Source of the DNA: Patescibacteria group bacterium
GTDB taxonomy: Bacteria > Patescibacteriota > Minisyncoccia > Phycocordibacterales > JAKAEA01
Direction: 5' to 3'
Assembly (NCBI GenBank): GCA_040387855.1
Contig: JAZKCY010000001.1
Coordinates: 253,857-317,856, forward strand
Length of the DNA: 64,000 bases
Below the pieces are notes generated by a model. That model was given only the letters and a program-made list of their open reading frames with translations, searched no databases and was not told the DNA's origin. Positions 38,004 through 46,618 of the stretch are shown in pieces; position 1 is the stretch's first letter, and each line of letters starts with the position of its first letter. The translations under genes and the position numbers were made by a program.

Positions 38004-38215
38004 ATAATAATTAGTAAATAAAAACGCCCTAGTAAATATACAAACAAAAGTTTGCGTATTTACTAGGGCGGGGAATTCAAATGTAATTTGATTGCCTCGT
38101 GGTTCCACCTAGTTTCCCAGAATAATCCAGGCACTCAAGGTTGTTTACAGATTAGGATTAACTCTGATTGCTCAGACTGGAGTTGGTAGCTCCAGCAATC
38201 TCTATAAAGCTTCTC
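38004..38215 (-). promoter_or_regulatory. T-box riboswitch leader (Thr specifier ACC) with intrinsic terminator upstream of thrS
   Basis: On sense strand: hairpin GGAG-CUACCAA-CUCC with ACC+A, T-box-like AACUAGGUGGAACCACGAGG, then 14-bp terminator stem CGCCCUAGUAAAUA.../...UAUUUACUAGGGCG plus UUUUUAUUU about 20 nt before ATG. Confidence 0.5.
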
Positions 38216-38295
38216 TATAGTATGGAGTTTCCCTGTGGATGTCAATATAAGCGAGCTTTGCTATACTATCTCTATAATCATGTAACTAAATATTT

Positions 38296-39852
38296 ATGAG
38301 CAAAGGTATTGAACAATCTGGAATAAAACAAGTTGAATCCTCTGAACAACAAGCTCTGCGAGCATTAGCTGCTAAATTAAAAATGGACGTTGCGAGATAT
38401 TTTGACGAAGCTGGTATTAAAGATCGAGACGAAGGAAAAATTATTGATGCCGAGGCGTGTGAAAGATTAGCTGCTCAGTCGAGAGAAGAAGCTGAAGCTA
38501 TATTAGCTGGAGGACCATTTGATGAGGACCTTGTACGTCCTTTGGCAGAACGATCTGATCTGGATGATGGATTACCGCTGCCTCCTGCACCTACAGGTAG
38601 TCTTCTCATGGATCATTCTCAGGAGCCTTTACCAAGAGGTGACCAAGCTAAAGATCAATTACGTACACCAACGCTTGATACTACTTTGAATAATGATCCT
38701 GCTTTTGCTGTTGGTGGGGTAAATAGTGATTCTAAGTTTCCTGGATTAGATGCTGAAACAATTTACAATCCTGATGGATCAGTTACTTTTGTTGTAGAAA
38801 ATAAATCATTAAAACCAGGAGATGAACCTCGTTCTGCAGGTCCAATGATAGTTACCAGAAAACCTGATGGGTCTACTTCTAGTACAATGAAAGATACTAC
38901 TCCTGTGCCAGAAGCCTTAGGAAAAAACATTCCTCAGTTCACTTCTAAAGGAGAACCCAATCTAGCTTACGATGACAAAGATTTCGATGAAAACGGCCGT
39001 ATACGTTCAAGTAAAGTGAATAAGCCAGGTGTCGCAGAAAGTCGTAAGGCTAATCCAAATGACACAACATATGCGCCGAATAAAAAAGGGAAGTTGGCAT
39101 TTGAAGGAGATGCAAATCCTATGGAGGCGACATGGGTTGATGGAAAGCCTGTAAACAAAGGTGAGCTGGCTTTTGAGGGGGATCCAAGTGTAGATCCAAT
39201 AGCTCAGACTGTTGCTGGAGCATATATCAATGTTGAGGAATCAAGACGACAAGCTCACATTGAAAAAGTTCGAAGTAGTTTAAAGCAAAAGCCAAAGAAT
39301 GAGGAGCTTGGAAAAGTATTAGATAGAGTTGTACCAGAGCAACGACCACAACTTACGAAAGCAGAACAAGCCGCAATCCTCGCAAAGAATCGAGAGAAAA
39401 TGATTAAAGAGGTTCCACAAAGAATTAGCGTAATGAATAAACGTGCTGATTATATTCTTCATTTTAGAGATATAGTTCTAAACGCTGATCCAGAACTTAC
39501 TTATGGAAGACGAAAGATTTTGTATAATGTCATTATTGATTTAGCAAAATCTCAAAAAAATGGTTTGTCTGAAAAAGAAAAAGACACACTTCATGAACAA
39601 GCAAGCAGAATATCGCTATTTGATCCAAACGAAAATCCAAAAGCGATTCCTCAGTTCAGAGCTGATTGTGAAAAATTTGCGATGTACTACAAACATTTAG
39701 TAGAGAAACAAGCACAAAAGGTTTTTCCAGCTAGTACTCCAATCCAACCTTTCAAACAAAAAATTGTGGAAAAGTTTGGACCTCAACCAAAGCTTGGATG
39801 GTCTAATATCAAGAATAAAGTAAGGTCTTTCTTTGGGTTTAAGAGATACTAA
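38296..39852 (+). CDS. 518-aa hydrophilic orphan protein (no signal peptide, no recognisable domain)
   Basis: Long ORF, acidic N-terminal region, KG-rich middle, alpha-helical C-terminal part. Confidence 0.4.
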   Translation: MSKGIEQSGIKQVESSEQQALRALAAKLKMDVARYFDEAGIKDRDEGKIIDAEACERLAAQSREEAEAILAGGPFDEDLVRPLAERSDLDDGLPLPPAPTGSLLMDHSQEPLPRGDQAKDQLRTPTLDTTLNNDPAFAVGGVNSDSKFPGLDAETIYNPDGSVTFVVENKSLKPGDEPRSAGPMIVTRKPDGSTSSTMKDTTPVPEALGKNIPQFTSKGEPNLAYDDKDFDENGRIRSSKVNKPGVAESRKANPNDTTYAPNKKGKLAFEGDANPMEATWVDGKPVNKGELAFEGDPSVDPIAQTVAGAYINVEESRRQAHIEKVRSSLKQKPKNEELGKVLDRVVPEQRPQLTKAEQAAILAKNREKMIKEVPQRISVMNKRADYILHFRDIVLNADPELTYGRRKILYNVIIDLAKSQKNGLSEKEKDTLHEQASRISLFDPNENPKAIPQFRADCEKFAMYYKHLVEKQAQKVFPASTPIQPFKQKIVEKFGPQPKLGWSNIKNKVRSFFGFKRY

Positions 39853-39908
39853 ACAAGTGATACAAAAATAAGAAAACAAAAGAGCGCTTCATATGAAGCG
39901 CTCTTTTA

Positions 39909-42900
39909 TTACAAAACTTTTACTTTTTCTACAAGAATACTAGGTGTCCCATTTCGTAATGAGAATTTACCTTTGATAGCAATACAGTTGTCTTGTTGCA
40001 ACATTGATTCAAATTCTTTTAGTGTTCGAGGGAAGGCAACAGCTTCAATCGAGCTTGAATAATCAGAGAGCTTTAAGAATGCCATTTTATCACCCTTCTT
40101 AGTGTTGATTGGTTTTACTTCTTCAAGTAATCCATAGACCACAGCCATCATACCGTCTTTCAATACTTCTTTTGTTTTCTTAATATTCATTTCAACTCGA
40201 GTCATCTTTGCCTGATGCTGATCGAGTGGGTGGCCAGAAATATACAATCCTAGCAATTCTTTTTCCCAGACAAGCATTTCAGGTCCTGTAGCTGCTGGAG
40301 CATCTTTCATGCGGAGTGATGGAACAGTTGTCGTATCTGCCATAAGTCCAAAGAGTGAATCTTGATCGTGAGTAGCAGTTGATTCTTTATTGTATTTCAA
40401 AAGATCATCAATATTTGCAAGCATATGACCTCGTTCTCCAAGTTTATCCATAGCTCCACACTTAATGAGTGCTTCAAGCGACTTTCTGTTTAGAGCTCGG
40501 TCTTTAATTCTGTTTAAAAAATCTACAAGAGTAGGAAAAGGACCTCCACGTTTTCGTTCTGCAATAATTATGTCACCAATACCTTCACCGAAGTTTTTGA
40601 TAGTAGTAAGTCCAAATCGTATAGCATCGATCATCTTCTTATTACCAGTTTTTGCACTGGTAATTTCAGAGTGGTTTTTTATTACAGTAAAATGCGTATC
40701 ACTTTCATTGATATCAGGGGGAAGTACGGCAATACGCATTCGTTTACATTCTGTAATGATTTCGGCAACTTTTTCGGTGTCTCCTGATTCGGCAGTGAGT
40801 ACGGCACTCATATAAATAGCAGGGAAGTTGGCCTTCATGTATGAGGTTTGATAGGCCACTCGTCCGTATGACGCTGCGTGAGCTTTATTGAATCCGTAGG
40901 CAGCAAATGGTTCGATAAGTTTCCAAAGTTCTTCTGCTTTTGCTTCAGGAAGTCCATTTTTAATAAGACCATCCATGAGCTTTCCTTTTTCAGCTTGCAT
41001 AACTTCAGGAATTTTCTTACCCATAGCTTTTCGGAGTTTATCCGCTTCAAGCCATGAATAGCCGGCAAGGTGAATAGCGGTAAGCATCACGTCGTCTTGG
41101 TACACAAGCAGTCCGAATGACATATCCAAATACTCTTTCATTCGTTTATCCAAAAATTCTATTTTTTGAGGATTGTGTTTTCGTTCAATGTAGGTTGGGA
41201 TCATTTCCATAGGACCTGGTCGGTAGAGTGCCACCATCGCATTGATGTCGTGAATTGTTGAAGGCTTAAGTTCTTTTAGGAACTTCGTCATACCTGTTCC
41301 GTTTAATTGGAAAAGCCCCACTGTTTCTCCACGAGCAAGCATTTGGAATGTCTTCTCATCAGCAATAGGGACATTTTCGATATCTACATCTATATTTTCA
41401 ATTTCTTTTACTTTTATCACAGCATCGGCAAGAATAGAAAGGTTTCGAATTCCAAGAAAGTCGAATTTCAAAAGTCCCACGCCGTCTTCTCCCACGCCGT
41501 GCATGTCGTACTGGGTAATGAGTTTTCCTTCTCCTTTAGGATCAAACTGAATAGGTACATGATTTGTAAGTGCATCTGGAGCAATCACCACACCGGCCGC
41601 GTGAACTGAAATGTGACGTGCACATCCTTCAATCTTTTTGGCCATTTCAATGATGTCACGTACTTCGGGCTCTGCATCATAAATCTTTTTAAGTTCAGGT
41701 TCTTCTTCAAGTGCTCGATCAATAGTCATAGCAAAACCTTGAGAACCCATTGGAATGAGTTTTGAAATTCGATCTCCTGTGGCCACAGGATAGCCCATCG
41801 CTCGAGCAACGTCGCGCACAGCACCTTTGGCTGCCATCGTTCCAAACGTTCCAATCTGAGCTACTTTTTCAGCCCCATACTTTCTACGTGCATAGGCAAT
41901 AACTTCGTCACGACGGTTATCGGCATAGTCCATATCGATATCGGGAGCAGATGGTCGTTCGGGGTTTAAGAATCGTTCGAACGGAAGTTTGTAGCTAAGA
42001 GGATCTACGTTTGTAATCTTTGTAAGATAGGTTACAAGAGATCCCGCAACAGATCCTCGAATGGTTGTGAGAATTTTATTATCATGAGCAAAATGCAGTA
42101 GGTCAGATACTACTCGGAAATATTTTGCATATCCTTTGTTTTTGATAACTTCTAATTCGTAGTCCAATCTTTTAATAAGTTCTGGAGATCGTTCCATGCC
42201 TCGTTTTTCAATTCCTTCATAGGCAAGATCTCGAAGTACGTCATCATGAGTTTTACCAGGAACTTCTTCAATATCAGGGAAGTACCATGTGCTCATGTGA
42301 ATATCCACATTACACATTTCAGTAATTTTTTTTGTATTTTCGAGAGCCTCAGGCATATTAGCAAAATACTCGTCTGCTTGGTCAGGTGAAATAAATGAAA
42401 AATCTTCTTCTGAATCGTCAAAACTTCGTTCACTCATGTCTCCACCAGATTGAATAGACATGAGGGTATTACGTGCTGCCCGATCTTCAGGATCAAGATA
42501 ATACACATCATGTGCTGCCATGATCTGAGTGTTTGTTTCTTTTGCCAAATCTCGCAACTCTTTCATAAGTTCCTGATGATTTGAAATTTCAGGATGATGT
42601 GTGATTTCTAAGAAGAAGTTTTCTTGTCCATAGACAGATTTGTAAAACTCAAGCCATTCTAATGCTTTTTCTTTATCATGTTGCTTCAATGCCAAACTAA
42701 TAGCACTAGAGAATGATGGAGCGATACATACTACATCATCTTTATACTGAGAAATTAATTCTTTATCTAATCGTGGTTTGTAATAAAATCCCGATAAATG
42801 TGATTCGGTCACCAATGCAATTAATTGCTTATAGCCATTTTGATTTTTGGCTAAAAGCACCAATCGTGATCGCTTGTTATCGATACCGGATGTTTTGTCA

Positions 42901-43163
42901 TGTCGAGTTCGAAGGGCAACATAAAAATCAACACCAATAATTGGTTTGATTTCATTTTTTTTGCAAGCTTTGTAGAACTCAATGGTGCCGTACATATTAC
43001 CGTTGTCGGTAATTGCAAGTGCAGGCATTCCCAGTTTCTTTGCTTTTTTAACGAGGTCAGGAATTTGAGGGAGAGCATTCAATAAACTGTAGTGAGTATG
43101 AACGTGAAGATGCGTGAACTTGTAAGGTACAGGTTCCTTTGGGGTAGGTGTTGGATCTGCCAT
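39909..43163 (-). CDS. dnaE: DNA polymerase III alpha subunit
   Basis: N-terminal PHP domain (HLHVHTHYSLL), polymerase core, OB-fold C-terminus; 1084 aa. Confidence 0.9.
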   Translation of the reverse strand: MADPTPTPKEPVPYKFTHLHVHTHYSLLNALPQIPDLVKKAKKLGMPALAITDNGNMYGTIEFYKACKKNEIKPIIGVDFYVALRTRHDKTSGIDNKRSRLVLLAKNQNGYKQLIALVTESHLSGFYYKPRLDKELISQYKDDVVCIAPSFSSAISLALKQHDKEKALEWLEFYKSVYGQENFFLEITHHPEISNHQELMKELRDLAKETNTQIMAAHDVYYLDPEDRAARNTLMSIQSGGDMSERSFDDSEEDFSFISPDQADEYFANMPEALENTKKITEMCNVDIHMSTWYFPDIEEVPGKTHDDVLRDLAYEGIEKRGMERSPELIKRLDYELEVIKNKGYAKYFRVVSDLLHFAHDNKILTTIRGSVAGSLVTYLTKITNVDPLSYKLPFERFLNPERPSAPDIDMDYADNRRDEVIAYARRKYGAEKVAQIGTFGTMAAKGAVRDVARAMGYPVATGDRISKLIPMGSQGFAMTIDRALEEEPELKKIYDAEPEVRDIIEMAKKIEGCARHISVHAAGVVIAPDALTNHVPIQFDPKGEGKLITQYDMHGVGEDGVGLLKFDFLGIRNLSILADAVIKVKEIENIDVDIENVPIADEKTFQMLARGETVGLFQLNGTGMTKFLKELKPSTIHDINAMVALYRPGPMEMIPTYIERKHNPQKIEFLDKRMKEYLDMSFGLLVYQDDVMLTAIHLAGYSWLEADKLRKAMGKKIPEVMQAEKGKLMDGLIKNGLPEAKAEELWKLIEPFAAYGFNKAHAASYGRVAYQTSYMKANFPAIYMSAVLTAESGDTEKVAEIITECKRMRIAVLPPDINESDTHFTVIKNHSEITSAKTGNKKMIDAIRFGLTTIKNFGEGIGDIIIAERKRGGPFPTLVDFLNRIKDRALNRKSLEALIKCGAMDKLGERGHMLANIDDLLKYNKESTATHDQDSLFGLMADTTTVPSLRMKDAPAATGPEMLVWEKELLGLYISGHPLDQHQAKMTRVEMNIKKTKEVLKDGMMAVVYGLLEEVKPINTKKGDKMAFLKLSDYSSSIEAVAFPRTLKEFESMLQQDNCIAIKGKFSLRNGTPSILVEKVKVL

Positions 43164-43238
43164 TGCTACATGATTATAACGTGTATGTGGATAGCAATAA
43201 AGAAGACGCTCAGTTTATCGCGTGGTAGAATAATATAT

Positions 43239-43556
43239 ATGCTCGCTATTGATGATGATATCGAATTTATTGATGAGGCAAAATCTATTGATATAGATCC
43301 TTATGGATCTCGAAATATTTTTGCACGATATCAAATTCAAACTCCTTATATGACTCGTCTGCTAATGAAGTCTCGGTTTGTAAAAACTACTAAGGCTGCA
43401 CATTATATTCTTATTGGTATCGTTATTGCATGTATGCTTTTTTCATTAATTACACTGATTATTCCTCTTATTCCAAAAAAAACAGTTTCAAGTGATGTGA
43501 AAAATAAAATCATGGAAGAATCACTTCGAAAAATAAATCAACCCTTACCAAGATAA
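43239..43556 (+). CDS. small membrane protein upstream of pilin gene
   Basis: ORF with one TM helix; start moved to ATG not overlapping dnaE. Confidence 0.3.
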   Translation: MLAIDDDIEFIDEAKSIDIDPYGSRNIFARYQIQTPYMTRLLMKSRFVKTTKAAHYILIGIVIACMLFSLITLIIPLIPKKTVSSDVKNKIMEESLRKINQPLPR

Positions 43557-44075
43557 ATGAAAAGAATTAATCTACGTTCAGAAAAAGGTTTTACTGTAAT
43601 AGAGCTCATCGTTGTTTTTGCTATTATCGGATTATTAAGTTCATTTGTTCTAACGACTACTTCAACAGCACGTTTTAATGCTCGATCAGCACAGCGATTA
43701 GCAGATCTGGGTCAAATTCATGTTGCACTAGAACTCTATTATGATGAACATCAATCATATCCACCCTCAAGCGGTTGGAATGGTATTTATTCTTGTTGGG
43801 GATACGCATCAACAGATAGTAATGCTAATGGGTGGATTTCTCAGTTAGTCCCAAGGTATATCTACAAGTTACCTCGTGATCCACGCAATCATATTAACTG
43901 TGACGCTCAGTATATCTATAGTTCTAATACTGTTGATTACAAATTGATAGCTCACAATCCAGAAAATTGTATGGGTGAAACAAGACGCAATCTTCCACTA
44001 CGAGATCCAACCCGAGGAGGGAACAATGGCTGTTGGGCATTTGGGTATTGGACTCCTGGTGCTGTAAGTTGGTAG
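43557..44075 (+). CDS. type IV pilin-like protein
   Basis: KGFTVIELIVVFAIIGLL prepilin N-terminus. Confidence 0.6.
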   Translation: MKRINLRSEKGFTVIELIVVFAIIGLLSSFVLTTTSTARFNARSAQRLADLGQIHVALELYYDEHQSYPPSSGWNGIYSCWGYASTDSNANGWISQLVPRYIYKLPRDPRNHINCDAQYIYSSNTVDYKLIAHNPENCMGETRRNLPLRDPTRGGNNGCWAFGYWTPGAVSW

Positions 44076-44079
44076 GGTC

Positions 44080-44697
44080 ATGAAAAATATACTGTTTACA
44101 CTAGGTATAGATGAAGCAGGACGGGGACCACTTGCTGGTCCTGTTGCTATTGGTGTTGTGAAAGTACATAAAGGTCATGAAGCTACTCTTAAGAAATTAG
44201 TAAAAGATATTAAAGGAAGAGATTCAAAAAAGCTTTCTCCGGCAAAAAGAGAAGAATGGTTTGAAAAAATAAAAGCTTTTAAGAAACAGGGAATTTTGGA
44301 TTTTCATGTTGCATTAGTTCCTGTTCAGCATATAGATGAGAAGGGAATTGCTCATGCTATACGTTTTGGAATGAAAATGTGCTTAAGAAAAGTTAAAGCT
44401 GATCATACTCGAAGTTTTGTAAAATTAGATGGATCATTAAAAGCACCTCAGGAATTTATTTCTCAAAAAACTATTATTAAAGGGGATGAAAAAGAGTGGA
44501 TTATTGGGTTGGCTTCAATTGCAGCAAAAGTTAGTCGTGATACGTATATGATTCGACAAGGTAAAAATGCACTTTATAAGCCCTACAAGCTCGAAATTCA
44601 CAAGGGATATGGTACAAAGGTACATAGAGAGCTTATTGTGAAATATGGCCCTAGTTCGCTGCATAGGCTGAGCTTTCTAAAAAATATTGTGAAATAG
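44080..44697 (+). CDS. rnhB: ribonuclease HII
   Basis: LGIDEAGRGPLAGPV active-site motif. Confidence 0.8.
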   Translation: MKNILFTLGIDEAGRGPLAGPVAIGVVKVHKGHEATLKKLVKDIKGRDSKKLSPAKREEWFEKIKAFKKQGILDFHVALVPVQHIDEKGIAHAIRFGMKMCLRKVKADHTRSFVKLDGSLKAPQEFISQKTIIKGDEKEWIIGLASIAAKVSRDTYMIRQGKNALYKPYKLEIHKGYGTKVHRELIVKYGPSSLHRLSFLKNIVK

Positions 44698-44744
44698 AGA
44701 GCTATATTGCACTTTTTTTGATTATACGGTATAGTATCGGAGTT

Positions 44745-45002
44745 ATGGTAAATCACATGCGACATACGCGGGCTCATACCGCTAACAGACGATCTCACCA
44801 CGCTTTAAAGGCCCGACAGTTTTCACAGTGTGAAAGTTGTGGAGCTCCAAAGATGAATCACCGAATGTGCCTTAATTGTGGAAAATATAAGGGCAGTGTG
44901 ATAGTTGATGTTGAAAAAGCACTCGTTAAGAAACAGGCTAAACTAAAGCAACGAAATAGTGAGGCTGGTGGTACGTCTGAGAAGTCAGAGGAAAAGAAAT
45001 AA
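44745..45002 (+). CDS. rpmF: 50S ribosomal protein L32
   Basis: RHTRAHTANRRSHHAL and CxxC...CxxC zinc ribbon. Confidence 0.7.
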   Translation: MVNHMRHTRAHTANRRSHHALKARQFSQCESCGAPKMNHRMCLNCGKYKGSVIVDVEKALVKKQAKLKQRNSEAGGTSEKSEEKK

Positions 45003-45016
45003 TCCTCGTTTAAAAT

Positions 45017-45913
45017 ATGGCAAATAGGCATCTTTCAAGATCGATCGTTCTCCAGTCCTTATATGAATGGGACTTCGGTCACAAGAGCCAAGACGAGGCG
45101 CTTGATGTTTTCAAGCGCAACGCAGAAGAATTCGCTCCTGGAATGAGCGATTTTGCCTTTATGGATAAATTGCTACGAGGAGTGCTCGGTAAACAACCGG
45201 AACTCGATCAGATTATTGAAAAAGCAGCTCCAGACTGGCCAATTGATAAGATTTCAGCTATCGATCGAAATATTCTTCGAGTTGGTTTATATGAACTGTT
45301 GTTTTCAGATCGAAAAGAAGTTCCTGCCAAAGTAGCTATCAACGAGGCTATTGAACTCGCAAAAAATTATGGAAGTGATACATCAAGTAGATTCGTAAAC
45401 GGAGTGCTTGGTGCGGTGTACAAAGAAATTGGAGAACCTGGCAAAAATGAAACCTCAAAGCGAAAGACTAAGGATATTCCTGATAAGGATTTACCTATAG
45501 AAGAGCTTTCTGGTGCAGTTGTATTTGCTCGTGATGGTGAAGATGTGTATCTTGCCCTCATTCACGATATTTTTGGTCACTGGACACTTACAAAAGGAAA
45601 ACTTCAGCCTGGAGAAGATCTAGAACAAGGAACTATCCGAAATGTGAAGGATGAATTGGGACTTGATATTAAAATCGTAGAAAAACTTGATGAAAATACC
45701 TATGTGGCTTTCAATCCAGAAACTGGAAAGAAGAAAAAGCATGTAACGTACTATCTCACTGAATCTGGATTTACCGATATTAAACTAGAACAAAAAGGAG
45801 GTCTTGATGATGGAAAATGGTTTAAGCTTAAAGATATTCTTGAACTCAACTTCTACAACGATATTCTCCCAATAGTTACAAAAGCAATTAATAGCATTCT
45901 ATCTCAGAAATAA
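45017..45913 (+). CDS. nusB: transcription antitermination factor NusB fused to a C-terminal NUDIX hydrolase domain
   Basis: NusB-like residues 1-140 (DRNILRVGLYELLF, FVNGVLGAV) then Nudix box GKLQPGEDLEQGTIRNVKDELGL. Confidence 0.6.
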   Translation: MANRHLSRSIVLQSLYEWDFGHKSQDEALDVFKRNAEEFAPGMSDFAFMDKLLRGVLGKQPELDQIIEKAAPDWPIDKISAIDRNILRVGLYELLFSDRKEVPAKVAINEAIELAKNYGSDTSSRFVNGVLGAVYKEIGEPGKNETSKRKTKDIPDKDLPIEELSGAVVFARDGEDVYLALIHDIFGHWTLTKGKLQPGEDLEQGTIRNVKDELGLDIKIVEKLDENTYVAFNPETGKKKKHVTYYLTESGFTDIKLEQKGGLDDGKWFKLKDILELNFYNDILPIVTKAINSILSQK

Positions 45914-46605
45914 TGGTTGATTTTTCAAAGTTTGAACAACAAGCCGGTATTACGTTCAAAGACAAAAATTTATTACGACAGGCGTTTACTCATCGATCGT
46001 ATTTAAACGAAAATAGAAATCTTAAAATCGAGCACAATGAGCGCTTGGAATTTTTAGGTGATGCTGTATTAGAATTGGTAATTACAGATCAGTTGTATCA
46101 TAAATATCCAGGAAGACCTGAAGGAGAATTAACATCATTTCGATCTGCTTTGGTAAACTCAACAACACTTGCAAACGCAGCTGGAAAGCTTGGAGTGAAT
46201 GAGTATTTATTACTTTCACATGGCGAAGCAAAAGATACTGGCCGTGCTCGAACCTACATTTTGGCAAATACGTACGAGGCACTTTTAGGTGCTATATATT
46301 TAGATCAAGGATATGAAAATACTCGTGATTTTATAGCTAAAACTATTTTCCCACTTATTGATGACATAGTAGATAATGGCTTATGGATGGATGCAAAGTC
46401 AAAATTTCAAGAGATGGCACAAGAAAAGCTTGGTGTTACTCCTTCATATCGTACAGTAAAAGAAGCAGGACCTGATCATGATAAGAATTTTACTGTTGGC
46501 GTATATCTCAACAATGAATTAGCTGCAACGGGGGAAGGAGCATCAAAACAAGAAGCTGAACAAAGCGCTGCTCGAAAAGGACTTCTCGAAAAAAAGTGGA
46601 TATAA
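45913..46605 (+). CDS. rnc: ribonuclease III
   Basis: ERLEFLGDAVL catalytic signature plus C-terminal dsRBD. Confidence 0.8.
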   Translation: MVDFSKFEQQAGITFKDKNLLRQAFTHRSYLNENRNLKIEHNERLEFLGDAVLELVITDQLYHKYPGRPEGELTSFRSALVNSTTLANAAGKLGVNEYLLLSHGEAKDTGRARTYILANTYEALLGAIYLDQGYENTRDFIAKTIFPLIDDIVDNGLWMDAKSKFQEMAQEKLGVTPSYRTVKEAGPDHDKNFTVGVYLNNELAATGEGASKQEAEQSAARKGLLEKKWI

Positions 46606-46618
46606 GTGAGCAGTAGTT

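Noticed and set aside
36252-38108. N-terminal 36-aa extension of thrS (ORF to 38108)
   Set aside because: The extension overlaps the T-box terminator hairpin and U-run. The conserved ThrRS sequence starts at MNPEKNLEY (ATG at 38000), which is preceded by the leader.
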